A DNA stretch of 63,768 bases, the filler included, from Octopus bimaculoides (Eukaryota): assembly GCF_001194135.2 (NCBI RefSeq). It is 6 parts of 6 records of this genome, joined end to end, with 100 filler letters (N's around TTAATTAATTAA, not from the genome) between each part and the next. Parts side by side here need not be neighbours in the genome. Positions count along the whole stretch, not along the records: positions 1 to 30,277 come from NC_068982.1; 5 more parts are not named here. One strand, written 5' to 3'. This document shows positions 13,136 through 26,757 of the stretch, piece by piece (position 1 is the first letter of the stretch; each line of letters opens with the position of its first letter). A program made the translations under genes and the position numbers. Under the pieces are notes generated by a model. It searched no databases, had not been told where the DNA came from, and worked only from the letters and a program-made list of their open reading frames with translations.

Positions 13136-14058
13136 AGACAGACAGAAAGACAGAGACAGAAGGACAGACAGATAGACAGATATGTGCCTGTGCGTAGGTG
13201 TGTGTACGTGTATGAGCCTGTGGGTGTGATACATGAGATTATATAATCATTTAAAAATATGGTTGAATGTTTGTTTTTTAGTTAAGCGTTGCTTTGAAAT
13301 AAAATGCTACCTGCTTACAACATTCATCAGCTTATTACGCTCATCTATATTCATTTTGGCAAGAAGCATCTTTCATACAATTTAGAGAGTTACTAAAAAA
13401 TATGCAAAACATTTTGATTGTTAGTAGATACTATGCCAAATGTTTTATGAAATTGTGTTTTCATAGAAGTGTTGTGTAATATATATATTTTTTTTAAATT
13501 TCATGAAATGCTACTTCGTTGCAAATATCTGCTCATATATGTTCTGTCTGGTATATATGAAAGTGTTTCTTTTTTAAATATCATATTATACGTTATCTCT
13601 TACATTTGATAATTGTGAAGAAGTAAAATCTACTGTGATAAACACCTAAAATACGTGACGCAAAATAGACTGATGCTTGTGCTTGTATTGATATCTGCAT
13701 AAAGAGTTTCTTTTCATGATGTAGCAGCAAAACCTTTCCAAATCTCTAAGCGTGAATATCCGATCATCGGTCAAAAACAAATCCCGAGGAATTACATTGT
13801 CTCTCTTTAAGTAATCTGCATCACATAAACACTTACGATCTATGAATGAAATTAGAAAATTGATTTTCTGAAAATGATAGCAAAAGGACGCGATAAGATG
13901 TACAAAAGCTGTTTGAACACGTGTTAAACATGTTTTCCTTGACTTTGTTTTATATATAGGCCGTCTAATTATATGGAACTTTCCGTGTTGGTTTATAGAT
14001 TTTAGAGGACTAATAAATATTATCAGGCGCACAGTCTAAATGCGCACATTTTTGTATG

Positions 14059-14138
<80 letters not shown>

Positions 14139-14239
14139 TGTGTGTGTGTGTATATGTGTGTGTGTGCGTGTGTGTGTGTGTCTGTCTTTCTGTCTGTCTG
14201 TGTGTATGTATTTATATTATCTTAGTTGAAAAACTTCGA

Positions 14240-15110
14240 TAAGGTAAATATATTAATAGCTACCAGGTTAGCAAAATTCACAAAGAAACTGGTATAATAT
14301 ACCTGATTAGGAATTAGAAATTCCATGTTAAAGTGATGTATTTTGAGTTGATATAATAAAGAATAAATGGAGCAAAACGCATATAATAAACAAGTTCCTT
14401 TAATTCCGACACATGTTTCGAAAATTACATGAACTCTATTCCAAAGGAATAAAAGATATTATTTTACATGTAATTTTCTCTTCGGGGAACCATCCTACGA
14501 ATGCAAGACTTATACCGAATGTGAAAATATATATATTTGGAAGAACGTTACAGAGCTAAGTTTAAGAAACCGATAAATGTTCGAAGGCTAGGCTACAGGA
14601 TGCAGTAATAGGAGGAAAGTGATGAATGCTACAATTGGAGTTTAAATTAAATAGAAGCCATAATAAACCACAAAAAAATTACTAAATAATAAATTAAGTG
14701 TTTGACAAATCATGTATGTAAGTGGAAATAGGGAGAAAGGGAAATAATCCAGTAAATTTGTATTTCGATTGTATGTTTACGTTTAAAAAAAACCTCATTA
14801 AGTGGTGTATATATGAGACGAGAGTTGTTAAGTTTTTATACTTGACTTTAATAAAGGAATTTAAATGGGCTCTACATCTCTTAAAATCAGCAGTGCTTCC
14901 TATATAAACCTTAGACCTCTGGTTATCTAGTTTTAATGTACACTTATACACCACCTTTTCCCTAAGGCATGAACCGGTAAGTCGACATGATTCAGGGACT
15001 CTGAAGCTACAAGTCTTTTTTAAATTTGTTCTACTATCATTACTTTTATTCCTATTTTTTTTTTTTTTTTGAAAAATTATAGAACCAAACATATTCCATG
15101 ATTTGGAAAA
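14240..15110 (-). mobile_element. Penelope-like element 3' end: GIY-YIG domain plus terminal repeat
   Basis: ORF 15092..14694 CSFRVPESCRLTGSCLREKVVYKCTLKLDNQRSKVYIGSTADFKRCRAHLNSFIKVKYKNLTTLVSYIHHL is a recognisable GIY-YIG domain; a hammerhead fold lies ~200 nt downstream on the same strand. Confidence 0.85.
14404..14489 (-). ncRNA. Type-I hammerhead ribozyme fold with U4C core change
   Basis: Minus strand: TTCC-CCGAAGA-GAAAATTACATG...CATGTAATTTTC-GAAAC-ATGT-GTC-GGAA. Perfect 12-bp stem II, 4-bp stem I, GUC cleavage triplet, palindromic ACATGT. Confidence 0.75.
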
Positions 15111-15937
15111 GTACCGGCAATATGAATCCTTTTAGCTCTTAGTACAGTGAAAATTTCATTGAGCTATGTTTAGTCAGAATTAAGTCTCAATAGTTAATGT
15201 ATTTGTCCCACCATTCCATACTTTCTGCTCATTTGCTTACGTAAAGAATAAAATACTTTTGTACATACATCTATCATTCTGTAAGAATCAAACGCATCAA
15301 GAATGTGATTTCCTGATGAANNNNNNNNNNNNNNNNNNNNNNNNNNNNNNNNNNNNNNNNNNNNNNNNNNNNNNNNNNNNNNNNNNNNNNNNNNNNNNNN
15401 NNNNNNNNNNNNNNNNNNNNNNNNNNNNNNNNNNNNNNNNNNNNNNNNNNNNNNNNNNNNNNNNNNNNNNNNNNNNNNNNNNNNNNNNNNNNNNNNNNNN
15501 NNNNNNNNNNNNNNNNNNNNNNNNNNNNNNNNNNNNNNNNNNNNNNNNNNNNNNNNNNNNNNNNNNNNNNNNNNNNNNNNNNNNNNNNNNNNNNNNNNNN
15601 NNNNNNNNNNNNNNNNNNNNNNNNNNNNNNNNNNNNNNNNNNNNNNNNNNNNNNNNNNNNNNNNNNNNNNNNNNNNNNNNNNNNNNNNNNNNNNNNNNNN
15701 NNNNNNNNNNNNNNNNNNNNNNNNNNNNNNNNNNNNNNNNNNNNNNNNNNNNNNNNNNNNNNNNNNNNNNNNNNNNNNNNNNNNNNNNNNNNNNNNNNNN
15801 NNNNNNNNNNNNNNNNNNNNNNNNNNNNNNNNNNNNNNNNNNNNNNNNNNNNNNNNNNNNNNNNNNNNNNNNNNNNNNNNNNNNNNNNNNNNNNNNNNNN
15901 NNNNNNNNNNNNNNNNNNNNNNNNNNNNNNNNNNNNN

Positions 15938-15990
<53 letters not shown>

Positions 15991-16442
15991 CCTATATATA
16001 TATACATATATACGACAGGCTTCTTTCAGTTTCCGTCTACTAAATCCACTCGCAAGCTTTGGTCGGCCCGTGGGTATAGTAGAAGACACTTGCTTGTCTA
16101 AGGTTCCACGCCGTGGGACTGAATCCGGAACCATGTGGTTCGTAAGCAAGCTACTTACCACACAGCTACTCCTACGCCTATAGAATCCACTTCCCTATAT
16201 AATATATATAATAATTTTTTTTTCAAATATGTGTATGTGTCAATATATATTAATATATGTATACGCATTTTAAGTCGAATTTATAAATGTATTAGTATGA
16301 TTGCCTAATTAGAGTTTATATCTTAATTCGTATCTTTTATCTCGATCTCGACCCGAGCAGTTCTTTTTAGCAGTTCTATGTATTTCGTAAGAAAGAACAA
16401 TAATCATAATATTATATGTACATATGCAGTATATATATTTAT

Positions 16443-17345
16443 ATACAGTAGAGGCCATAATTTGAGTGGTAGTAAGAAAGTAAGAACAAGTGTATTAAAA
16501 TAGTTACTACAGAAGATTGACAAGATGTTGAGACTAGATATTTTACACGTATTTGGATATATCTATCTTTCGTGAAAATTTCAAGGGAATTCAATACATA
16601 TTTCGTGAGTTAAGAAGAAATAAAGAAACAATCTTCCAAGTTGTAGCAGTCAAAAATGAAGGGACACTTAGAAAAAAAATGGAGTACTAACCGAAGTATT
16701 TGTTGTTTAGAAGACTGTTAGTAGGCTAACAGTTACTTCTTATGATGTTACATTATTGGAATATTCATTTGTCAACATGGTGGTATGCGAGAGACGACCT
16801 ATGATGAAAAATAAACGATTGTGTGCCTCCATCAAGAGGGCAAGTGAAATTCTGTGATAGCAACTACTATAGGAAGGTCTAGAAGTGTTGTGCAACGAAT
16901 GTTTGCTCGTTTTAAGTCATCAGGATCGACAGGTACTAAACCCATGACCGGTGGTCCTTGTAAAACTTCACAATGACAGGATCATATTATGGTTAGAATA
17001 TCACCGAAAGATAGGTTTAAGAGTGCTGCTGAGATATCCCGTGAGTTTACCTTCTCTTCCTATGTCAACGTATCGAGCAAAACAGTTTCTCGAGGGTTAC
17101 GAGGTTCTGGGTTGCTTGGATTCTTCTTGGAGAAGAATCAAAGAGTCCGACTTTGTTTTTCTCACGAGCGTGTTATTTGGACATGGTCGCAATATTATTT
17201 TAGCGATGAATCGAAGTTTAATGTGATTAGTTCGGATGGCGGGATGTATGTCCGATGAAGAAGTGGCGAAAGGTCATTTCGTGCATGTGTGAAGTAGACA
17301 GTGAAATTTGGAGGAGGCAGTATAATGGTATGTGGAGTGATCTCC
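16443..17345 (+). pseudogene. Tc1-family transposon, decayed and 3'-truncated
   Basis: RISPKDRFKSAAEISRE...VSSKTVSRGLR, FSDESKFNVISSDGGMYVR and TVKFGGGSIMVCG motifs; TA|CAGT-type left end at ~16443. Confidence 0.85.
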
Positions 17346-17349
17346 TTAA

Positions 17350-18620
17350 CCCACAGTTGCACCTAATAATCTTAATATTATTTTAGATTTCGATAGGCCA
17401 CCTCGTGCCGAAATTTAAAATGGAGCAGATTCAATGGACATTATTTTATGGTGGTAAGGCGATGAGCTCTCAGAATCGTTAGCTTGGCGGCATTGGGTCC
17501 CTCTACATTTTGTGTTCAAATTGGAAATATATCTGAAAATGTAATCATTAATCTGTTGTCTTTTAGTTATACTACTTGCCGAGAGTTGTGTCTTTATAAT
17601 CCCGACATATTATACAATGTAGATATTGGTCAATTTATACTCTACTGGTGCTGTACACGCAGAGATTAGGTGGCTCAACAGTTCCAGCCTCATCATTGCA
17701 GAATCTGCATTTTGGATCTGCTCCATTTTTCATCACGTTGGCTTGGTGATTCCACAATAAGCTTTGATCTTGAATAGCTAAAATGAAGCCTTCGCTCTCT
17801 GATTTTAACCTTATATTCCATAACCACTGATAGGTATGCTCTTGCTAAACATTAACGTTTTCTTACGAGTTACATATTTACCATGCAGAGGTTTCTGCTC
17901 CCACCCGGGGGTCAAGTGTTCATGCGCTTTTTTCGTTACTGTTACTTCCAACTTCTTTGCAACAACAGTTGCCGCACTTGCCTCAGGCTCTTCAGCTTCA
18001 GTAGCATGCATGAAACCAATAGAAAATTTTATGATAGATTGAAGCTTCTTACGCCTCTTGTGATTTTTAATAATTTTTAGCATCCAGACGTTAGATGTTT
18101 CAACTTATTTGTTCCGTATAACTGTCGTGCCTTCGAAAGAGCATTTAAATTTGATCAAGCCTCAACATCAAGGGAAGGTAAAGACGATCCACGCCTGTCT
18201 TTGGGTGGTACATCTTATTAAAAATCAGCAGCATACGTACTTTCCTCTTAATTTTCTGTATCTCAGTGCTATTGCAGTTGAGCACGCTGCAATCATAAGT
18301 AATAATTGGAAATGCTAAGGAATTTATAGACGACACCTTATTATGTGCAGGACTGATTGGACTCTCCTGTAACAATCCTTCGTGACCTTCAGTTTCGTGC
18401 TCCCATGATGAAAGCCAGAGTCTTCATTTATTCCTAGGTAATTGTAGATTTCTTCCAGTTCAATTTCATTCCAGTTCAGGAAACGGAAAATATTATTTAC
18501 TAGTGAACGAACGTCTAACACAACTAAAAATGAGGTCTTCAATTTCTCTTTCTGGAAATAGCCTTCACACATTTATCAAAACTAAAATTCATCCCGATGT
18601 CAGCACTGAATGCTTTCACA
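17350..18620 (-). mobile_element. Non-LTR retrotransposon fragment of R4/NeSL (RLE) type: RT C-terminus to CCHC region, frameshifted
   Basis: YNYLGINED...KDCYRRVQSVL, NKVSSINSLAFPIITY...KRKVRMLL...MYHPKTGVDRLYLP, WEQKPLHGKY and SESEGFILAIQDQSL...NGADPKCRFC blocks. Confidence 0.85.
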
Positions 18621-18947
18621 GCACGTAATTTGCATTCAAGCACATGATTATCTTTGCCTTGGAGTTTTAATTCATCCATATAAAATAAATAGCTTAATTT
18701 CTTACTGTCAATTTCCTACACACACTCTTTCCTGTTAAGTTCATTTACAAAGAGAATTCGAGCTCCCTTACAAGGTGACTTGTTATTATTAAAGTTTAAC
18801 ATCCCGAGTATTGTTAAATTTTTGAAACTTTAATCTCACATATTACTTATGAAAACATAAAAAGATAAAAGAAAATGCACGTATATGCGTATGTGACCAT
18901 ATAATATAGACACACACATATTTATATATACGTATATATATATGTGT

Positions 18948-19001
<54 letters not shown>

Positions 19002-19281
19002 GTGCTGCTACAAATACGTGTATTTATAACTACATATATATACATATAAACATAATTAAGGGATCAGCAAACATTTGCTTCACCACATACCGAAGTTCAG
19101 AAATAGCACCTAAAAAAGCTGAGACTCCAACAGATAGCATTACTTGTAACNNNNNNNNNNACATACCGAAGTTCAGAAATAGCACCTAAAAAAGCTGAGA
19201 CTCCAACAGATAGCATTACTTGTAACTCACAAAGGCAAAAACAAGAAGAAAAAAACAATGAAAACTAATCATTCGAAGTTA

Positions 19282-19340
19282 ATCATAGACGCGTTTCTGG
19301 ATTATGTGTGATAATACTCAATTTCCTTCATCGGTATGAT
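19282..19340 (-). ncRNA. Type-I hammerhead ribozyme relic with U4C core change
   Basis: Minus strand: ATCATA-CCGATGA-AGGA...TCCA-GAAAC-GC-GTC-TATGAT. Perfect 6-bp stem I and palindromic ACGCGT, but stem II is decayed. Confidence 0.65.
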
Positions 19341-22300
19341 ATTCTAGTAGTAAATTTGACGATGCTAGCAAACTGTGCATGCATGAACGAGTGAACATTC
19401 ATGCATCGGCACAACCTGAAAGCACAACCGAACCTACATCGGCCAGCCAGTCCACTATTTCTTCCTCAAGAAATTAAATAAATTCTCCACCGATAATGNN
19501 NNNNNNNNTATATATATATATATATATATATATACACGTAGAAATATATAGAAATATACATACGCATATTATATATATACATATATACATCCATGCCTGT
19601 CTATTTTAAGTGTGTGTGTGCGAGCGCGCGTATATGTATATTCATATTTGTATGTATGTATATATGATCTTCTTTTAGGAAATGCTAGATTATTTACATA
19701 AAACCACAAAATACTGAAATTAGTGGATAAAGGTTCTATCAGCATTAGAATATCTTAAAACAAATTCCATCTGAATATTGAATAGGATTTGCGTTTAGGT
19801 AAACAAAATTCAGTGCATAGTGTATCCTATTCTTCAAAAGACTCTATGGATTCTTTATCGAATTTTCATTTCACAATAACATGATATAGATAATCGAATG
19901 CCTGCCAACAATTTTAAAATGAACAAGAGTATATCTGTTGCATTCATGAATATGATTAGTAATCTGTATGCAGTGTTTCAAAGATAAGAACAGATATATT
20001 GATACACATACAGTCACGTACACTTAATATGTGTGTATACATATGTTTGTGTATGTATATACAAACATACCGTATACACAATTACACACATCACTTCTGG
20101 CCAATTATTCGCCTTCGGAATTACATTTTTAATTATAGATAAATATACAGATAAACAATACGTAGTTAAACAATGTATAATAAGCATAGTTGATATGTAC
20201 AATACTGAAGAGTATTGTTAATGCCGCAAGTAAGTTTCTGTGAGTTCAATAACTGATTTTAATATGCTTCCCCTAAACAAAACATCACACACATACGCGC
20301 ATATTCACACACATAACACACATAAACAGAGTCACATGCACACATATATACACTCATATATTTATGTATTCATGTATGTATGAATATACAAAGTGAGATA
20401 TTCCTTGTGCAAGAACTAACTTTATAAGACACGGAAAATATTATTTACTAGTTCAAACATATTTCTGAATTTAATACCACATATTGAAAATTTAACATAA
20501 TAACTAATTATAATAGCACCATTCACTCGAAGTAAGATCTCGAACTTAGCGAGACTTATAATCACAATGAATGACATAAATATAGGCATTATGACACATA
20601 CACACGTAAATTGATATAATGTATCGGGGATAGAGATATATCTTCCTAATCCGCCCAGTTATTAATTCAACTGTCTCTGCTGAAATGCTTGTCCTCTCAG
20701 CCACACCTTGCTTGACAAAAATTTTAATCAAAATTAATGTAAGTTAACACCAACCACACGCACACCCCCACCAGCACCACCATTATATTATTTCAATTAA
20801 TTTTTTTTCTTTGAATAATTAAAATTTCTTTTATATTTAATCCAAAACATTCCAGCAAGTTTCTTTTCCTCCTAATTTTACTTCGTTTATTAGTCATCTA
20901 CATTAGTATTATTATGACATCCCATATCCACTTGTCTTGACATACCTGGCCTTGACCGTAAATCAGTAGCATAAACAACAACAACAACTACTACTACTAC
21001 TGTTACTCTTGGCGTTGCTGTTGTTGTTGTAGTTGTCGTCGTCGTCATCGTTGTTATTGCTGTTGCTGCAGTTAGTGTTAATGTACTCTTGAGGACCCGA
21101 AAAGGCAAACGCAAATCGAACAATACTCTTAGCAAAATAATATGGTAATGCGAGCAAATGACAGTGGTGCCTTTAAGTAATGATTCCGCAACAGCAAAGC
21201 CATCAGCAGCTACACTAGTGATATTAAAGCATTATCCCTATAACCACCAGCTTCACTATCACAACGGCCGCCATCACAAGAACAAGCGCATGCAATTTCT
21301 CATCAATGCCAACAGTTCCCAACACGTTCCCCAACACGAACTAAAGCAAGGAAATCTTAGTCTACACTGCCATAAGCACAAACAATACAAATCTAACGGA
21401 TCATATACACTAAAATACAAGCATTCTAAACAATGACTACGTCACGAATAACAAACCACCGTACAACAAAAATCTTTCATACGCTATAATATAAATTCAT
21501 CTTAAGTATAGGAGATATCAGTGGAAATTTAAAAGAAATTTTATATACTCGTGGAAACACCCACAGCATGCCGGGGGGATATCTCACCTGGCCGTCCATA
21601 GGAATGACATCAGTGAGCCTTTCTCATTTCTCTTTTCCATATCAACATAACAAGCGTTCTATCATTGTACCAAAACAAACAAGTTTCATTTTTTCAATCA
21701 AGTTGGATTTTTCCATCCAATACCTACATGCTATTGATTATTGCATTTATATGCTTCGAAATCTAATTTCAAAAATGGAATTGATCATATCAGACAACAG
21801 TACTCGTGATTCCAAGTCATTTGCCTTTTGAAAAACCTGGTGGAGACTAAAATAAAATTGTGCAAATGTAGTAACAGCCTTATGGATTCAAGCTACAAGG
21901 TAGGTTAGAATGTGGGTGACAGCATCATAGCAAATTAATGTATTTGAGAGTATTGTGTATACGTTTGTGTGGGTGTTTGCATGTATGTAGCTGCTGTATG
22001 TGTAAGCAAGTTGCTAATAAATGCTCGACAAGAGAACATGCAATGTCATTTATTTCTTGAGCGTATAAATATATAACCTGTTACATTGCACATTCTGGTT
22101 GCGTATCCTCGTTATAAATATGCAGTTTATGTGAGGGCATATATGAGCCAGACAGTATATTTTATGGTAAATTTACACCGAAAATATTCCAGCTTCTCGA
22201 CACAACAATGTTCATGTACTTCTGTTAAAACGGTAGTGGTGGGTTAAAATCGCAAGGTATAATCCTTAGAGTGGTTGCCTTGAATATAACACATTTCTGT

Positions 22301-22430
22301 TCTCATGAAAATGCAAGTTTGAAACGCATAAATATTTATTTACATCGATGTGTCTGCCAATATTCTAATGTGTTTTTCATCCATGTATGTGTGCTTGTGC
22401 TTATTGCGTGTGTATGTGTTTGTGTGTGTT

Positions 22431-22478
<48 letters not shown>

Positions 22479-22900
22479 TGTGTGGGTGTTCCTGTGACCA
22501 TGGGTGTGTATTATATCCTATCACACATATTTACACTGCTGATGTGTGATCGCCAACCACATATTTTCGAGTTGCCCCATCCTTAGACTTGTAAGTGGAC
22601 TTATTACATGGACAATGAAAGAAACCCCTCGTATATATAAGTCTATATAAGTGTGGTGCGTGTGTGTCTGTGTCTGTGTGTATGTGTGACAGAGTCTTTG
22701 TGTTTGAGTCTATAATTCTTCAATGGTCGATAACTGCTTTTGAGTCGTTTATATCTCCGTAACTTAGTGGTTTAGCAAAGAGATGGACTATCTGTGGCAT
22801 TTAAAAAAAAAGGAAAAAATGCCACTACTGAGATCGATTTTTTTCGACCAAAACCCTTCAACGCGATGCCTCAGCATGTCTTCAGTCGAANNNNNNNNNN

Positions 22901-22937
<37 letters not shown>

Positions 22938-23068
22938 CATGTATGTGTTTGTGTGGATGTATTATATATATACATATATATGTGTGTATATGTATATATC
23001 TATATATAAGTACATACATATACGTGTGTGTATACATTTGTGTGTGTGTGTGTGCGTGTGTGTGTGTG

Positions 23069-23099
<31 letters not shown>

Positions 23100-24954
23100 G
23101 TGTGTACGTATGTGTGTGTATGAATAGCAGCTTAATTTCGATCATGCGATAGAAACAATCAAAATAAAAAATGGCGCATGTAGATAAGCGGAGAATGAGG
23201 ATCGTCAAGAAACAAAATAAATACGAACTTATCCTAATAATATATTTCATTCATTACATAATGTTTATGTCTTTAATAAATCTTTTGTTAGAATTATTCG
23301 ATACTCATGTTCCAAACAATAGTTTAAGCGCTATACATCTATGACAATAGATATGTTGATATATTCCGTAATTAAATATGGTAATGATGATGATTATTGG
23401 GAGAAAATTACACTCTGTAACTATAACACGCTGGTGAATGATGAAAAAAATCAACTAAAATCGAGAAAGATTGCTGTTCTGAAGAATAATGATGCACCAC
23501 GAAAATAACTTTAGCATTATCTTTATTTCTTCAACGATGACATTTAAATGTAATAAACAGCAGCTATATGGTTTTTCTTTTTCACCGTATATTTTACTTT
23601 GGAACCTGCATTAAGATCTCATTATTTTCGTTTGTTATGTCAGAAAGCATTATATGAAGAAAACAAATGTAAGAAATCTTTACATGACCTTAACATCATA
23701 TTAAAAGAAAAGAATTACACGAAGAATATCACATTTCCATACATGCAGAGGATTTATATTATCAAATAAAATTTATAGCAATTGTTGAGAAAAAAATATA
23801 TACAATGTCTCTCCTCCGTAATCTGCAAAATACATATCTGGATTTTTAATACTAGTACAAGGCCAAATATACCAATACATGGGGGAAGAGCTGATTACAC
23901 CTGTCTCCATAGTACTTAACTGATTAAAGTTAAAGTGTCTGTGGTAGAGATTTGAACTCGAAATACAGAGAATTATAGAAATCTTTCAAGTTGTCTTGTC
24001 ATACATTCTAGGAATTCTGACGTGCACCCACACCGCGTATTATATACACATTGTGGTTGTCGCAGCTGACAACTCACGTCTAGTAATTCGACTTTCACGT
24101 ATCAGTTTGAAACTCTGGAATAGAAAATTCGAACAAGATGTGTGGTGCCAGATAAAATGAACATGTATGTGGGTTTGTGCGTCACTGTGTATGTTTATAC
24201 ACAGGTATGTGTGTATGCATACCTATATCCACAAAACCTTCTGAAATACGTAGATAATGTCTAAATATTTAATTTATTAATGATTAAACTCTCCTGCATC
24301 TGAAAAATATCATCAATATTCATAATTCTGTGTGTCTGTGAATGGGTGCGCAAGGAAAATTTTATTCATTTTAAGATGCGTGACAGAGATACTTAATTCC
24401 TTAACTGTGACGTTCGAAACACAGATCAATGACATTTAGTTACCTCTGTTCTGATTTCAGTACATATTACTACAGCATTGTATATCATATGCTATCGAAT
24501 TGCAGATGATGTACTCGAACATGGAAAATATGATTGTACACAACGCTGCTTCGTGCGCCTCCAAATAATATCTATGTATGTGTGTATGTGTGAGTGTGTG
24601 CTTGTGTTTATAAAAATTCATTACGTGTTCTTATTGTTCCACAAGACAATCACTAGTGTTAAGATAATAGAAATAAATACAGTTATAGTTTTCTTTATGC
24701 CATCCGGTTACGTGTAATGTAACTATATATATCTTTTAATTCCAAATGTTTCATTCGTATTTTATTTTTATCTCGGGTATATCTACATTGGTCTTCTGTG
24801 TTCCTTTCAGTATTTTTCTATATTCTTTTCATCGTAACTTTCTCACTTTCCTCCCGCACTTTTCTATCGCTGATCATCATGTTTTCTATTACAAACAAGA
24901 ACTTACACACAAACACACATACACACAGACGCACGCACACACACACACGCACAA

Positions 24955-24998
<44 letters not shown>

Positions 24999-25008
24999 NN
25001 NNNNNNNN

Positions 25009-25053
<45 letters not shown>

Positions 25054-25689
25054 TCTATGAATATATTATTTGTTTCTGATATTCACTATTTGCATTCTCA
25101 ATGCATTTCCTTGGATCTCAGTTGTAATTAACCTTGCATATGCTACGTAAACGTAGATATTTCATCATCTTGAGAGAAAATACTTCTTGCAGACTATATT
25201 TGTACAAGAAGCGATCCCAATAACCAAGGCCTGCGATACATTTATTGACTTTTTTGTTTATATTGAGTCTTTGTAGATCTTCAGTTCTCATAAGATTTTA
25301 TTTTTCGTAAGAAGACCTCAATGGGTTGCATTTTTCAACATGACAGCTGGCACACTAAGGAAAAAATCGGTAATGGAACCAAACGTTCCGAGGTGGAATA
25401 TTCTAAGAATCTATCAGCACATCCTGTAGAACCTTTCGACTGTACTGTTGTTGTTGTCCACAGTCACTCCTGAGTCTCAAAGACTTTTTGACGCTACGAA
25501 GGAAAAAACATTATTTAACTATATTCTGTTTTTTTTTTTCAAACAGGATGTGTGCGATGTTTAACTACGTTTTCCCTTCATTGACGCGAAGATTATAAAC
25601 CCGCTTGGAAATCTGTACGACCATTTACTTCCTTGGTGAATTTCTGGGATTTAGCAATATCTGCAAGCACATTATTTTACTACATTTCG

Positions 25690-26350
25690 TAGAATTTGTA
25701 ATGCATTTATATACATGATAAACATGATAAACAGAAGCCCAACGAAGCATCCGGTGAACACCACTGTCTTTTGGTTGTCTTGATTAAATTCTATCGATTA
25801 CAAAATTGTGGGGATTGTTTGTCAAAAAACATTCAGTCACTTACAGTAGATTTCGAGAGACACCAGGCAAATTTAATGATTTATTCCAGAATGGTGGCTT
25901 TTGTTTGTCGAAAGTTTTACGGAATTCAATATAGATACGCTCTGGTTTGTGGCATTCGTCTAGAGCTCTTAAATGTCGTAAAAAGCTTTCCCAGATAGAC
26001 ATGGGAACCATACTTCTTGATAACCTGGAGTGATATTTTCTTTACGGACGTACTTATTTGTGATCTCTTCAATAATTAAATAATATGCGAGCTTAATGTG
26101 CCCAGATGGTAATTCAGTGGGCAAGGAATATACAATGTTTTGCAATAAATCCTAAAACTATTTTACTCCCCAGATTACAAAGAAGAGGACGCATGTTGGT
26201 ATGTGCACACCTTCACAACATTAGCGAGGAATCTATCAGTGCATACTGTAGTTTAATGTTATACCGCAATGATAACTGGAATGCGCTGAGAGTTATATCT
26301 GGTGGATACGTTCAATATTTACGTCAAGAATACTACTTATATCAGCCATA
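25690..26350 (-). mobile_element. CR1/L2-like reverse transcriptase remnant
   Basis: LRALDECHKPERIYIEFRKTFDKQKPPFWNKSLNLPGVSRNLL aligns with the D.IY.DF.KAFD.V.H..L..KL...G..G.LL block. Multiple stops. Confidence 0.55.
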
Positions 26351-26696
26351 TCATTATTATTGAAAGTAGACCGGAATTGCCTGAATATAATGTTATTATC
26401 GTATAACATTGGTATTGCTCTGAAGAATATTGTGTCCATCAATCAGTGGGCCAATGCATGAAAATGCACACTATGCACTTTTGTACAGGAATAGAAATAT
26501 GTCTAAATATTACAACAGCCTAGTCTTCTCCGTTACTCGGGTGTTAAATGCAAGATCTAGTGTTTTCCGACTCTAGTGTAGTTATTGGCCCTGGAAGAGA
26601 GTATTGCTCCCGGTAGTATGCCAGCTGAATGGAATTTTTGTATTTGTTAGTAACATATTTTCTGATAAGCGAAGATTGTCATTAGAGAGAGAAAGA

Positions 26697-26757
<61 letters not shown>

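Noticed and set aside
13700-13760. TLRDLERFCC resembling an insulin A-chain end
   Set aside because: The required upstream CC...C pattern is absent.
19086-19226. Exact ~66-bp direct repeat across a 10-N gap
   Set aside because: Typical unmerged contig overlap rather than a real duplication.
20960-21147. Plus-strand TM-like VVVV...RTRKGKRK segment
   Set aside because: An in-frame stop lies immediately upstream with no usable acceptor; it is the antisense of trinucleotide repeats.
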